From a virus (taxonomy: Duplodnaviria > Caudoviricetes), in IMG/VR virus record IMGVR_UViG_3300027921_000010, positions 1 through 42,604 of that record: 42,604 nt of DNA; one strand, written 5' to 3'. Made by a program: the position numbers and the translations under genes. The notes below the pieces were generated by a model. That model was given only the letters and a program-made list of their open reading frames with translations, had not been told where the DNA came from and did no database searches. Positions 23,571 through 33,265 of the stretch are shown here, piece after piece (within the stretch, counting starts at the first letter, position 1; the number at the start of each line of letters is the position of its first letter).

Positions 23571-24967
23571 ACGTTCAAGCCTTCAATCCTAGCTTCCAAA
23601 CGGGCAATTGACAAGAAGGCGTTGCTATCCCCTCTGAATCGTTGAATGCGCCAGTTTCGCATGGCTCCCTGCTGGACCCATAACAAGCGCCTATTCCGTT
23701 CCCCCTGCCTACCAGACCGAATGAATTTCTCCTGACTCCAAGTTTCGCCGTCATTGGAGTAGGCGGTGCTGATGCGTGGATCGGCGCCAAGCGCTACGCG
23801 GCCTGGGAGACATACTAGTTCCAGGTCATGAACGATGGCCCCTAGCCCGACGTTGTAGACGATAAGTGTGCCGAACTCCCAGCGGACCACATCTCCAAAG
23901 TGGTGGCTAGTGGAGTCATCCAAGTAGCCGACAGAGAAGGACTCTGAGTCCCCAATAAGCCACTTGTTATAGCACCACACTAAGTCCTTAGCGCGATAGG
24001 CGGAGAAGCCATCGACTGAGCTGGTTAGGGTGAACCAGACAGGTTCCCCAAGTACTTGTGAAGCGGCGGCGTCGTAAACCAGGGTCCGATCTTGAAGGCA
24101 AATCCATAGATGCTGATGGGACTTGCTACTGCGATCCTCTAGGACAACCTCAGACAATCTCTCCTCGGTGTAGGCTTGGAGAAGAGTATCAATCTCCTGA
24201 GTGCTGATCTTGGCCGAGGTGGCATTGATACCTAAGTAAACGCCGGGAGTTTCCTTTTTACCGCTACCAAGAAAGGCGATGGCATCCATGAATACGCATG
24301 AGGCGTGGGTACCGACGGACCCTTTGTTAATCTGAGCCCCTTCAATACGTTGGAATGGAAAGAACTCTCCGCCCACATTACTGAAAACCTCGATAGTGTA
24401 CCGGTTGACAACATACACTTCATTGCGGAGTTCTATTACGGAATTAACCGGGTCTGGGTCAGATTCGGAACTCCCATACTTCAAGGGGTTCACCGACAGC
24501 GGGTCATTCAACTCAGTAACCACAAGGGATGTCCCGTCGGTGGTCATGAAGTAGCCAGCGACCCAGCAGAAGTCAACCACGTTACCCAGGTCGGTATCGG
24601 TAACCTGCGTCAGCGTAGTTCCATCCCAGTAGAATAGATTCCCACCAGATGCAATAGCGAGACGATCAAAGGAGTAGTCAAATATAACCCGGCCGCTTCC
24701 ACCGACTGCGCCCAGTATAGTTACTGAACCGCCTTCAGCCACACTAACTAAGTTCGGCCCCATAACGCGGTAACAGGCCCCATTCCAGTTAATCCCTCCG
24801 CGGCTAATGCCGGGTCCGGTACCGTTGACCACGGTTCCTTCGGCTGGGCGCAGGTAACCCTTACTGATGCCGTGTTCTTTAGGGACTGGTACTAGATTGA
24901 TGGGGTAGGAAACTCGGAAGTCTGCTACTCCGTCCGTATAGATGCCATTGAGGATTGGGATTTGCAT
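23567..24967 (-). CDS. Packaged-DNA stabilisation / tail hub protein (P22 gp10-like)
   Basis: 466 aa; P.N.VP.P.....S.GYLR; S.ES.PD; beta-propeller-like repeats. Confidence 0.88.
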   Translation of the reverse strand: MQIPILNGIYTDGVADFRVSYPINLVPVPKEHGISKGYLRPAEGTVVNGTGPGISRGGINWNGACYRVMGPNLVSVAEGGSVTILGAVGGSGRVIFDYSFDRLAIASGGNLFYWDGTTLTQVTDTDLGNVVDFCWVAGYFMTTDGTSLVVTELNDPLSVNPLKYGSSESDPDPVNSVIELRNEVYVVNRYTIEVFSNVGGEFFPFQRIEGAQINKGSVGTHASCVFMDAIAFLGSGKKETPGVYLGINATSAKISTQEIDTLLQAYTEERLSEVVLEDRSSKSHQHLWICLQDRTLVYDAAASQVLGEPVWFTLTSSVDGFSAYRAKDLVWCYNKWLIGDSESFSVGYLDDSTSHHFGDVVRWEFGTLIVYNVGLGAIVHDLELVCLPGRVALGADPRISTAYSNDGETWSQEKFIRSGRQGERNRRLLWVQQGAMRNWRIQRFRGDSNAFLSIARLEARIEGLNV

Positions 24968-25342
24968 TTAGAAAGCGACAGGCGTTAAGCTGTCCTCCTG
25001 CACAATAACTTTCAGACCACACGCAGCAATCGCGTCTTCCCTCTGTCCTTGTTCAAACAGCTTTGCATTCGTGCAGTAGTTTTGCGCCAGCTCAAGTGGA
25101 ATGCCAGCAGTCGCAGCAAGCGCAGCAGGTGTGGCAGTGAAGTACTGCACCTTTGCCAAGAAGTCATCCGAGCACGGTGCGCCAGCCAGATAGTGCGTTG
25201 TAGGCGCATTGCCTGTTTCGGACAGGGCAACACTGTAAATATACAAATCTGATTGATTCCCGGATAGCGCGACTACGATTTGGCTTGCAAGCGGCACAAG
25301 CGCAACCGGAACCACGCTGTAGATGTAGTGAGTGGGGATCAT
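24968..25342 (-). CDS. Hypothetical protein coupled to the LamG-like gene
   Basis: ATGA overlap with 25339..27159; its stop abuts the gp10-like start. Confidence 0.7.
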   Translation of the reverse strand: MIPTHYIYSVVPVALVPLASQIVVALSGNQSDLYIYSVALSETGNAPTTHYLAGAPCSDDFLAKVQYFTATPAALAATAGIPLELAQNYCTNAKLFEQGQREDAIAACGLKVIVQEDSLTPVAF

Positions 25343-27159
25343 ATTGTCACCCCATTCTTGCTACCGAAGTAGCGCTCTACAACTATTGCTTCTGCTTCCG
25401 TCATTAGCGCAGGGCAAATCATGCCGGCTGAGAATGGGCCGCTCGACCAGCCGAACGCGACTATAGCTGAACTTTTCATTCCCCCGATTGCCACTCCGGC
25501 GCTAGCTGTGTCCGATGTGTTTCCGCTGCTTGGCAGTGTAGCTTGAGCGTAGTTAACTCCATTAGTGCGCGCATTAAATACGCCGGCAGCGTAATTTACC
25601 CTGCTTGATGCAACCAGCCGTAAGTTGTTGGAACTTACCGTTGCGCGTAACGTTACGCCATCCGAGTCAAGCCTGCGCACTGCGGCTGTATATATTTGTG
25701 AGCTATCCTGGCGTAAGCCTACACGATCAATAGTGTAAATAGCTGTGCCTACAGACAAGCGATATCTTTCACTCGTTGCTAACTCCTGCTGTGCAACAAC
25801 CATCGTAGCACCAGCAACATTGCGCAAGATGCCTAATGCGGAAGAAAGATCATAGAAAGTTGCGGCTCCGTCGCCATCGAGGTAGTGGCTTGTCGGGCGA
25901 TAGACATTTGCTGCGGCGGGATTGAACTCCGCTACAGGAGTTCCAGCCCCAGTGGCGTTATTCCAAATCTTGACGTAGTAGATTTTGCCGTTGAATGTGT
26001 TGGCCCCTGTAACCAGAGCACCACTCAAAAGTGGGTTCGCTGAATCCGTAGGCGCAAGTAATAGACTTATGTCTTTCGTGGTTCCGAGTTGCGTCCAGGA
26101 TAACCCGTCTACTGAAGTCTCGAAGATCGCTGTTACGCCGCGTACCACCTTAACCCGCACCCATCCAGTTGCACCATCAGCGAAAGGAACGGCTACCGTA
26201 GAATCTGACGACTGCAAAACTGTAGCTGAATACCACTGTATGTTGAGCGTGCCATTTGTGTTCAGCGAAAGACTTAATTCTCCGGAATCGCTCGCTAACT
26301 TAGAACCTAGTCCCTGCTTTGTAGCAGGGGTCCAATCTACAGCATTGACTTTTGCCTCAATCGTGTAGTCGCCGACAATACTCAATGCAGCAGAATCAGG
26401 CGTACTTGCATAGTTGCTGGCTACCCCAGAACAGTTCAAATAGGGAACACCGTCCGTATCCCACGCAATCCCGCTTCTCGCGGCAATATGCGTTCCTAAG
26501 AACGACCAGGTTTCTCCGGTTGTAGGAGAAACCATAGGTGCACGATTGAGGTTCCTACGCAAGATCATCGACGCAGCGGAAGTGCCCGCTACCGCGTTAT
26601 GGCCGAGGACTTCTTTGATTGAAATTGAATTAAACGTCACCGTCTCGCCAATGAGTGCCGCTGCTAGGTAGAAAACTACATTCGTTGCGACCGCAGGTAT
26701 ATACCTGACAACACTGTCAGATACGGCATTACCGAAATTGGCAGTCACAGTTCTCGAATTTGTATTACCACTCCACGAGAGTTCTACCCGATACAACTTT
26801 CCAATTGTAAAAACCCCGGTTTTTTGCAGGCCAAAGCTGCCATTGACAGTGGAAGTGAGGGTGGCCGGCAGAACTGGGGAGCCTGTGGAATTATAATTTA
26901 CAAATGCAGGCGCAATCTCAGGTCCAAGCTGTCCTTTATACCGCTCATCCAGCAAGACCTTGACCAACGAACCTTCTACGGCAGGTGTGCCAGCCACGTC
27001 CTGCCAGCATGAGGATGGGCTAGGTAGCCAGTAGGGCGCGCTGTACTTTGCGGCTATGGCGGCGACAGCACGCTGAGCCGCATTAGCGACACCCGGCCAG
27101 ATAGAACGGCTCTCGGGTGTTGGCCAGATAGAGCGACGCGGTATTGCCACTAGACTCAC
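25339..27159 (-). CDS. LamG/concanavalin-A-like virion protein (second receptor- or carbohydrate-binding protein)
   Basis: YASTPDSAALSI.GD.TIE...DW and FNGKIYYVKIW segments; Ser/Thr/Gly/Ala-rich beta protein; start GTG 27159 (GTGA overlap). Confidence 0.7.
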   Translation of the reverse strand: MSLVAIPRRSIWPTPESRSIWPGVANAAQRAVAAIAAKYSAPYWLPSPSSCWQDVAGTPAVEGSLVKVLLDERYKGQLGPEIAPAFVNYNSTGSPVLPATLTSTVNGSFGLQKTGVFTIGKLYRVELSWSGNTNSRTVTANFGNAVSDSVVRYIPAVATNVVFYLAAALIGETVTFNSISIKEVLGHNAVAGTSAASMILRRNLNRAPMVSPTTGETWSFLGTHIAARSGIAWDTDGVPYLNCSGVASNYASTPDSAALSIVGDYTIEAKVNAVDWTPATKQGLGSKLASDSGELSLSLNTNGTLNIQWYSATVLQSSDSTVAVPFADGATGWVRVKVVRGVTAIFETSVDGLSWTQLGTTKDISLLLAPTDSANPLLSGALVTGANTFNGKIYYVKIWNNATGAGTPVAEFNPAAANVYRPTSHYLDGDGAATFYDLSSALGILRNVAGATMVVAQQELATSERYRLSVGTAIYTIDRVGLRQDSSQIYTAAVRRLDSDGVTLRATVSSNNLRLVASSRVNYAAGVFNARTNGVNYAQATLPSSGNTSDTASAGVAIGGMKSSAIVAFGWSSGPFSAGMICPALMTEAEAIVVERYFGSKNGVTI

Positions 27160-27470
27160 GCTACAGCCCCAGCATAGGACAGAGTGGCGATATTGTCCCA
27201 TACGTTGTCAAACCGGGCATCTCCGTCGGCCCAGGCTGTTTCCGTTTCGTCCGTCTTGGTTCGCCAGATTTGCCAGATGGCCGCGGAGGTGCTCCGAGTA
27301 CCGGAAGCAGGCGTTCGGCCGTAGTAAGAATAGTTGCCAACCGTCGCCTTCACCTCGGTGTATGCGGTGGCTTGGGTGTGATCAACCGCCACCAAAACTT
27401 TGGCGTAGCTGGCATCAGGCATTTCACGAAACAGCACTGGTAAAGCCATTTCACTTTTGAGAGTGTCCAT
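27156..27470 (-). CDS. Hypothetical virion-associated protein
   Basis: GGAG RBS; Y.G.......S.A.WQI.R....WADG...F.NVWD....L.Y pattern. Confidence 0.7.
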   Translation of the reverse strand: MDTLKSEMALPVLFREMPDASYAKVLVAVDHTQATAYTEVKATVGNYSYYGRTPASGTRSTSAAIWQIWRTKTDETETAWADGDARFDNVWDNIATLSYAGAVA

Positions 27471-27480
27471 TTCTTACTCC

Positions 27481-27945
27481 TTAGCCCACACGATACCAAG
27501 AGGATGTCGGGGCGTCGTATTTCATGGTGAAAAAGGCGTTGGCCGTAAGGGCTGCGGGTTCGCCAGTCACAGCAGTTGCCCCGTTACCGTCCACCGTCAG
27601 TGTGGTGACTGCCTGGGTACAATTCACGAGGATCGTCTGTCCATCCACCGCCTGTCCCACGCTGGGTAGTACGATGGTGCCGGCCGCGTAGCCAGCCACT
27701 GGTGTCAGGATCAGGTGGGTATTGCTCGGCGCGTCGTCAATGGAGACGCTGAAGCCCGAGGCCGAGGGAGCGGCGTACTGGGTAATAAACGGAGCGCCGA
27801 CCGTGAAGTCCAAGTTAGCTTGGAGATACGCAAGCAAGACGCTGATAGCAGCTTTACGGGCATCACCTGCCGCGGCTGAGTATAGTGGAAGCTGATCCCC
27901 TGAGGCCAATGAAGCTACTGCGGAAAGCTGATTGATGGTTGGCAT
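27481..27945 (-). CDS. Putative virion structural protein
   Basis: GAGG RBS; Thr/Ala-rich; ends W.RVG. Confidence 0.75.
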   Translation of the reverse strand: MPTINQLSAVASLASGDQLPLYSAAAGDARKAAISVLLAYLQANLDFTVGAPFITQYAAPSASGFSVSIDDAPSNTHLILTPVAGYAAGTIVLPSVGQAVDGQTILVNCTQAVTTLTVDGNGATAVTGEPAALTANAFFTMKYDAPTSSWYRVG

Positions 27946-27953
27946 TGCAGTCC

Positions 27954-28430
27954 TCAGATGAAATCGAGTACGCCGTCAGGCCCAGTCTTGAGCGGATCGG
28001 TCGGTGGCGGCATGAACGGGTTCTGGATACCTCGGGCCTTGTTGCCAGCCCCTACCGGCAAAGTGCCGGGTACTTGCACCTCTATTGGGTGTGCGGCTTT
28101 GCTGAGGAGGACTTGATACCCCTCCTTGGCGGCAGCTTTGGTGTCCACAGAGGGTGTCTTACCGAAGCTTGGGGCCAGGCGCAAAGCCAGATTCAGGAAG
28201 ACGGTCTCGGTCGCGGCATCTGGGAGGTTACTGTCGTCATCAAGGTTACTGAGTTCCGGAGAAGAGATTGGGTAGCCAAGGCGGATGCCCTTGCCATCCC
28301 ATACCCCCATCAGGGTGTCCAGCCGACGTAATGCCGACTGAAGTTGTTCCGGCTCCAGGTCAAAGACATAAGCAGCCAACCCGAGTTCCTCAAAGGCTTG
28401 GACCACGAGCTGGCGCTTAGTCCACCCCAT
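27954..28430 (-). CDS. Head-to-tail adaptor (P22 gp4-like)
   Basis: MGWTKRQLV..A.EE.GL, AL..LD..M..W...GI.LGY, NLA.RLAP..G, P.GAGN; start ATG 28430. Confidence 0.85.
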   Translation of the reverse strand: MGWTKRQLVVQAFEELGLAAYVFDLEPEQLQSALRRLDTLMGVWDGKGIRLGYPISSPELSNLDDDSNLPDAATETVFLNLALRLAPSFGKTPSVDTKAAAKEGYQVLLSKAAHPIEVQVPGTLPVGAGNKARGIQNPFMPPPTDPLKTGPDGVLDFI

Positions 28431-28431
28431 G

Positions 28432-28656
28432 TTAGGCCTTCTTCCAAGGCTGTGACGGGGTGACAGGGGCCTTCGCCTTGACGGAGGGCTTAGGCGAAGG
28501 GACAGGCGAAGGAAGCGCCCTGACCTCGCCCGTAGCCCCCAATGCTTCGGGGACAGAGGCGTGCCACCCCTTCGCAAGGAGGTCATCATGCTCCTCCTTG
28601 GTCTCGGCCAGGGTATGAACCGAGGCCGAGCGGTAGACGAGACGGGGGAAGTCCAT
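28432..28656 (-). CDS. Small hypothetical head-region protein
   Basis: FP..VY...L..GW motif with a basic Pro-rich tail; tight packing with neighbours. Confidence 0.7.
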   Translation of the reverse strand: MDFPRLVYRSASVHTLAETKEEHDDLLAKGWHASVPEALGATGEVRALPSPVPSPKPSVKAKAPVTPSQPWKKA

Positions 28657-28658
28657 GA

Positions 28659-29261
28659 TCAGGTGTTGGACAGCGAGTAGGTGATGAAGGTATCCGCCGC
28701 AGTCTTACGAGTGCGGAAACGTCCAGCTTTGCCAGCAGCCACAACCATGTTACCCACCACCGTATGACCAGAAGCCGCGGCGGTAACGGTGAAGGCGTTG
28801 GCGCCGGTGGTGATGACCGACCAATCGAAGGCGTCGCCGATAACCATGGTAGTGGCCAAGTCCATGACCGCCCCGGTCGGAAGGGTACCAGCTACCGCCG
28901 CCGCCGTGGTGGAGGTGACGATATTGGCCAGGATTGCTGCGGCGGTCAGGGCGCCGGTGGCGTCCAGAGCGACAGGAGCGCCTTGGTAGACGGCACTTTC
29001 CAGCGGGCTCTTGATTGCGGCAGCGGTGCCGATGTCATACTCCACGGGAGCGAAGCCCGCTTCGATGGTGGCGGTGCCCGCAGCGGAGAAAGCTGCCGTG
29101 GTGGCCATGCCGCCGTCAATGTTGATGAGGCTGGTGAGGGACGAGGGGATTGCTGGATAGCCGGTAAGCTTCACCACGTCGACAGGGCCTTTGCTGTAGA
29201 CTGCGATCTTGGCGGAGGCCGGTACTGCGATGGTGACCTTGCCGAAAGGATAAACGCGCAT
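28659..29261 (-). CDS. Putative capsid decoration / minor head protein
   Basis: AGGAG RBS; Ala/Thr-rich; immediately after the coat gene. Confidence 0.65.
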   Translation of the reverse strand: MRVYPFGKVTIAVPASAKIAVYSKGPVDVVKLTGYPAIPSSLTSLINIDGGMATTAAFSAAGTATIEAGFAPVEYDIGTAAAIKSPLESAVYQGAPVALDATGALTAAAILANIVTSTTAAAVAGTLPTGAVMDLATTMVIGDAFDWSVITTGANAFTVTAAASGHTVVGNMVVAAGKAGRFRTRKTAADTFITYSLSNT

Positions 29262-29288
29262 GCTTGGTACTCCTATGAGTGTCTAAAG

Positions 29289-29346
29289 ATCAGGGGCCGA
29301 AGCCCCTGAGTCGATTAGGGGCCGAAGCCCCTGAGTCGATTAGGGG
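29289..29346 (-). terminator. Tandemly duplicated (25-bp unit) UUCG hairpins after the coat gene
   Basis: AGGGGCCGAAGCCCCTGAGTCGATT at 29292 and 29317; each reads GGGGC-TTCG-GCCCC on the minus strand. Confidence 0.8.
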
Positions 29347-30611
29347 ACCTGATTGAACAGGAGGATGCCGGTCATCTCGGGCTGCTTGTTGTTCACCCCG
29401 AAGCGCACGTCCAGCCGGTACTTGGTCTTGAAGGTGTTAATGTCGAAGAACTTCGTCCAGACAATTTCCAGGCCTTGGTCAGTGGTTGCGCGGAGGACGT
29501 TCACACCGGCATCCGTCGGCATCGCATAACGGCCGGGGATGATTTCGATTGCGTCTTTGTGCCAAAACGGATTGACCTGGGCGGCGTCGATATTCAGGAA
29601 CACGATGGCAGAGTTGGCGGCTTTGGTGTTGATGATACAGTTCTTGTACTGGAGTTCGGCGTCGGTACCGCCTTGGCCAGTGATCATCGGAGGGCTGATG
29701 GTCATGGTCGTGGCGGAGTCCACACTGATAACCCGGAAGGTCTTCAGCTGGCCGGTGTCGCCCTTGGTGATGTGATGCACCGCGTTCAGACCAGCCACCG
29801 TGAAGGCGTCGCCCGCAGCCACGTTGGTCGTGGAGGAGATGGGGATCGTCTGGTAGCGATTGTCCACGTTGGACATCTCGCCGGTCGCTGCCACTCGGGT
29901 CGAGACGGGGACGTGGTAGTTGGCGGCGGCGTCCAGGGTCGACATGGTCAGGCCGGCACCACCAGCAGCGGCAGCCAAGCGGATGGCGTAGTCGAGCTTG
30001 TAGGTGTCGAAACTGGCGACGGTGCCGACAAAGGCTTTTTCGTAGGCGCTCAGAACCTTGGAGTTATCCAGGGTGCGGGAGGCCAAGTTGGCGGCCATGC
30101 CGTTGTAGTCGCGGGTGTTTAGAGCCAGGTAGCGATCCGAACCCATGATGCCCTGCTCGTTCATGATGGCCTCGCACAGAGCGACGTCATCGAAGCCGGT
30201 AGCGGCGACGGCACGCGGAACGATCAGGGTGCCTTGCAGCGAGGCGACGTTCATCACAGCGACGTTGATGTCACTGGCCAGCTTCTGACGAGCGGCTTTG
30301 CCGAGACTCTTCTCCTGGATGGCATCACGGAGTTCGGTCGCAGTCATGATCCACGGCACGGACTTGCTGTAACCGATAGTGGCCGGAACCGAGAGTTCGG
30401 TGAACTCCTGGAAGTTGGCCGTCTGGTCAACACCATCATAAGACTGGGCGATGTAGGGCATCGGACGCCACATTACGTCGTTGGTACGCTCCATCGTGAC
30501 CTGATCGGGGGAGTAAATGCTGACGTTGTTGGACAGAATGAGAGCGTCATGGAAACCCTCTTGGATGTCCTCGAACGCTACACGCTCTTCTTTGTTGAAC
30601 TCATTCGCCAT
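29340..30611 (-). CDS. Major capsid protein (P22 gp5 coat family)
   Basis: 423 aa; N.F.KEE.V.FE...EGF, WRP.PYIA, insertion domain with VDNR and K.TGQ..TFRV, R.D..FGV..KQPE..G. Confidence 0.93.
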   Translation of the reverse strand: MANEFNKEERVAFEDIQEGFHDALILSNNVSIYSPDQVTMERTNDVMWRPMPYIAQSYDGVDQTANFQEFTELSVPATIGYSKSVPWIMTATELRDAIQEKSLGKAARQKLASDINVAVMNVASLQGTLIVPRAVAATGFDDVALCEAIMNEQGIMGSDRYLALNTRDYNGMAANLASRTLDNSKVLSAYEKAFVGTVASFDTYKLDYAIRLAAAAGGAGLTMSTLDAAANYHVPVSTRVAATGEMSNVDNRYQTIPISSTTNVAAGDAFTVAGLNAVHHITKGDTGQLKTFRVISVDSATTMTISPPMITGQGGTDAELQYKNCIINTKAANSAIVFLNIDAAQVNPFWHKDAIEIIPGRYAMPTDAGVNVLRATTDQGLEIVWTKFFDINTFKTKYRLDVRFGVNNKQPEMTGILLFNQVP

Positions 30612-30630
30612 GATTGGCTCCTATATAGAT

Positions 30631-31470
30631 TTAAGAAGCCGCGCGCTTTTGCCGCTTATACGCGGTGACCTTGGTGTAGTCACCAGTCTTCTCGGCATCG
30701 GCCCGCAGCCGTTCAAGTTGTGAGTCCGTCCCAGACACTGACTGGCCGGAGCCGGTCGGAATCTTCTCGGGCGGGGGTACTGCCTTGCGGTTGGTCACTT
30801 TCAATTGGGTCTCCAGTTTTGCAATCGCAAAGGCAAACTTTACGGTGTCAGTGATGGCGGAGAGTTCTTTCGCCTTCTTCGGGTTCTTGCCAAGTGCGTA
30901 AATCACAAGAGCAGGGTTCTCAGCCCCTTTGACAACAATCCCCTGCTGGACCACATTGAACAACTCCTGGGCGGTTGCTTCCGCTTCGTCGTAGTCCTTC
31001 ACCTTCAACGCCGCTTTCGCAGTTCCGTAGGCGTCCAGCCTGGCTTGCCAGTCTTGTTGAAGCTTCTGATCCTCTGCGGCGACTTTGGCCTTGTTGGCCT
31101 CCACAGCGCGCTTCTGATCGTGCCACTTCGTCAGCTCTTCCTCGAACTTGTCCGCATCATAGTCGAAGTCCTCTAGTTTCGGCTTCGCACCCAGCACGAC
31201 CGGATTTGTCTCAGCCTTGGTGGTGGTAAGCTTTTCCTTCAGCTCTCGATTCTCGCGTACCAGCTCGCGGTGATTTTTACGCAGCTCCCGAACCCACTCA
31301 GGCGCAGCTTTCTCTTCATCTTCGGGAGGTGGCGCTTCCTCCCCGATGGTGACCACAACCTCTTCAGCGTGTTCCTCGCTGGCTCCAGAATCCTCATTCT
31401 GGGTTTCGTCCAGCTTGGCGTCGGCTACTTCGGTTGCAACACCTTCAACTACTCCTGCCTCTTGGTCCAT
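30631..31470 (-). CDS. Scaffolding protein
   Basis: Acidic N-terminus, coiled coil, KP.LED.DYD, basic C-terminal helix; directly upstream of the coat gene. Confidence 0.85.
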   Translation of the reverse strand: MDQEAGVVEGVATEVADAKLDETQNEDSGASEEHAEEVVVTIGEEAPPPEDEEKAAPEWVRELRKNHRELVRENRELKEKLTTTKAETNPVVLGAKPKLEDFDYDADKFEEELTKWHDQKRAVEANKAKVAAEDQKLQQDWQARLDAYGTAKAALKVKDYDEAEATAQELFNVVQQGIVVKGAENPALVIYALGKNPKKAKELSAITDTVKFAFAIAKLETQLKVTNRKAVPPPEKIPTGSGQSVSGTDSQLERLRADAEKTGDYTKVTAYKRQKRAAS

Positions 31471-31486
31471 CTGACGCTCCGTATAA

Positions 31487-31554
31487 ACTCACCCTTGAAC
31501 GGCGGGCGGGTACCGTATAACCCCAGTGTATTCCGTGATAAGTCATCAGGTCAA
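31487..31554 (-). promoter_or_regulatory. Promoter and pseudoknot-capable leader of the scaffold/coat genes
   Basis: TTGACC-18 nt-TACACT. Leader ACGGT-acccgccc-GCCGT-tcaa-gggtgagt before the GGAG RBS. Confidence 0.55.
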
Positions 31555-31570
31555 CAAGGTGGGGAAATAT

Positions 31571-33265
31571 TTATTGATCCTTCGCTTTCTTAAACAGGCG
31601 CTGCAGAGCCTCCACCTCTGTGTTGGTCAGATACTCTTCGCCCGTCAGCTTGGCGCCATGCTTCTCAAGGGTCTTCAGTTCGGTCTTGTTGAAGGTCTGG
31701 CTTGCCCTCTTCATCTGGGCATTGGCCAAGTCGCCCACATCCGAGAAGTTACCGTTGCGGATGAAGTCCTGGATGAATGGAACATATTCATCCTTTGGCG
31801 CGCTGTTCTTGGCCCCTTTGATCTGCGTGATACTCAGCTTGCCCACTCCTTTTTTTTCGGCCAACTTCAGGTACAAATCAGGCTCATTCTCCTGTAAGTA
31901 TTTTTGCAGCACATAAGGCCGTGCGTCATTTCTGAACCGTTCCCAAACTGCTAGTGGCACGTCCTGCTTGTTCCAGTATTGGGCTGACTTAGGTTCGCCG
32001 ACCTCAATCGTCACGTGTGGCTTACCGGCCTTGTCGCGCAGGGTGTATAACTGAACCTTCCCATCACGGGCAGCTTGCAGGCCGCCAAGACCATAGGTAC
32101 CCTCTGAGGCGTAGCCGCCGACTGAGTGGCCCATGGTGTCACCTTCATATTTCACGGCATCTTGGAACGGCTTATCGTCACCCTGATGCTTCAACTCCAT
32201 CCACTTCAGGCCTTTCTCGTTAGGCTGGCCACCACCGTGGCCAGGTACCGTCTGGTACTCTTTGTGCGATAAGGTAGCCGCGTTGTTAGCAATGACTTTG
32301 TTGGCCTCGGCCAGGTTATCAGCGCGCCACTTGTTGATGTCGGCCACGCGGCGGACGGCCTTCTCCACCGACAGGTTTTTCATCTGGTCAGGCGAGAGTT
32401 GCAAAGCGCGAGGCAGCCCAGACTCGGGGTTCAGGGCATTGGAGAGTTCGTCGGTTAGGTGGCGGAAGCCGAGCTTGTCTAAGTTGCGTGGGTCGATGCT
32501 GATAGCGAAGGCATCCCCATACTCGTTCCCACCTTTGTGGATACCAATGGCGTTGTCGGACAAACCTTCCCAGCTCATCCCAAGGTCCGAAGTAGCCTCC
32601 CCCATAGGCTTCTGACCAAGTTCTTGTCGCCGCCCGTAGAGCAGGCTGTTGAAGCTACCGGGTTCATCTGGCGCAAAGTGCAACACCCCTTGATCGGCGA
32701 GCTTGCGAAGCTCATCATCCGGCGACGCCATCCGAGTCTTCACGTACTTGGTGAGGGGGCCGGCCACCCAATCATCTATGGCGAATGTGCGCTTTGCATT
32801 TTCAACCGCACGGTCAGTCATCCCGGAGAATGTCTCAACCCCTTCGCGTTCAACACCTAGAGCACGTTGTAGTGGTCTCAACACGTCCTCCACACTGCCC
32901 GTCAGCCAGTTGCCGCCCTTCGCTTTAATCACACCCATAGCCGCAGGGAGCATAGCCATCCCTTTGCTGGCCAGGGCGGGGACCGCTTCGATGCCACCAC
33001 CTGGCACTAGCAGCGAAGCCATGAACTCCAGCATCGGATCACGGGCCTCGGATACCAAGCCGGCATTCTGCATCTTCTGGCCTATCCACTCGGAGCCAAG
33101 TACCGGCTTCTCCACATCGTAGCCGAAGGGCTTCATGACCATCGCGGTCAAGTCGACCGGGCCGCCAAAGACCGCGGCAACTGCGCGGTAAGCGAGGTCT
33201 CGTCCTGAAGGCTTCGGCTTCTCGATCTTGTTCAGTACATCATCCCTGACGTTCATTCCGGCCAT
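31571..33265 (-). CDS. Large hypothetical protein with a PcfJ-like C-terminal domain
   Basis: YEG..MGH.VGGY ... Y.LRD..G.PHVTIE ... QIKG..N..P; sits between portal and scaffold. Confidence 0.6.
   Translation of the reverse strand: MAGMNVRDDVLNKIEKPKPSGRDLAYRAVAAVFGGPVDLTAMVMKPFGYDVEKPVLGSEWIGQKMQNAGLVSEARDPMLEFMASLLVPGGGIEAVPALASKGMAMLPAAMGVIKAKGGNWLTGSVEDVLRPLQRALGVEREGVETFSGMTDRAVENAKRTFAIDDWVAGPLTKYVKTRMASPDDELRKLADQGVLHFAPDEPGSFNSLLYGRRQELGQKPMGEATSDLGMSWEGLSDNAIGIHKGGNEYGDAFAISIDPRNLDKLGFRHLTDELSNALNPESGLPRALQLSPDQMKNLSVEKAVRRVADINKWRADNLAEANKVIANNAATLSHKEYQTVPGHGGGQPNEKGLKWMELKHQGDDKPFQDAVKYEGDTMGHSVGGYASEGTYGLGGLQAARDGKVQLYTLRDKAGKPHVTIEVGEPKSAQYWNKQDVPLAVWERFRNDARPYVLQKYLQENEPDLYLKLAEKKGVGKLSITQIKGAKNSAPKDEYVPFIQDFIRNGNFSDVGDLANAQMKRASQTFNKTELKTLEKHGAKLTGEEYLTNTEVEALQRLFKKAKDQ

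Noticed and set aside
27954-28589. Extended N-termini in the ORF track (e.g. 28589, 264, 6970, 7466, 11175, 27201, 40577, 15804)
   Set aside because: They overlap upstream genes extensively; downstream starts have RBSs or stop/start overlaps and begin at the family-typical N-terminus.
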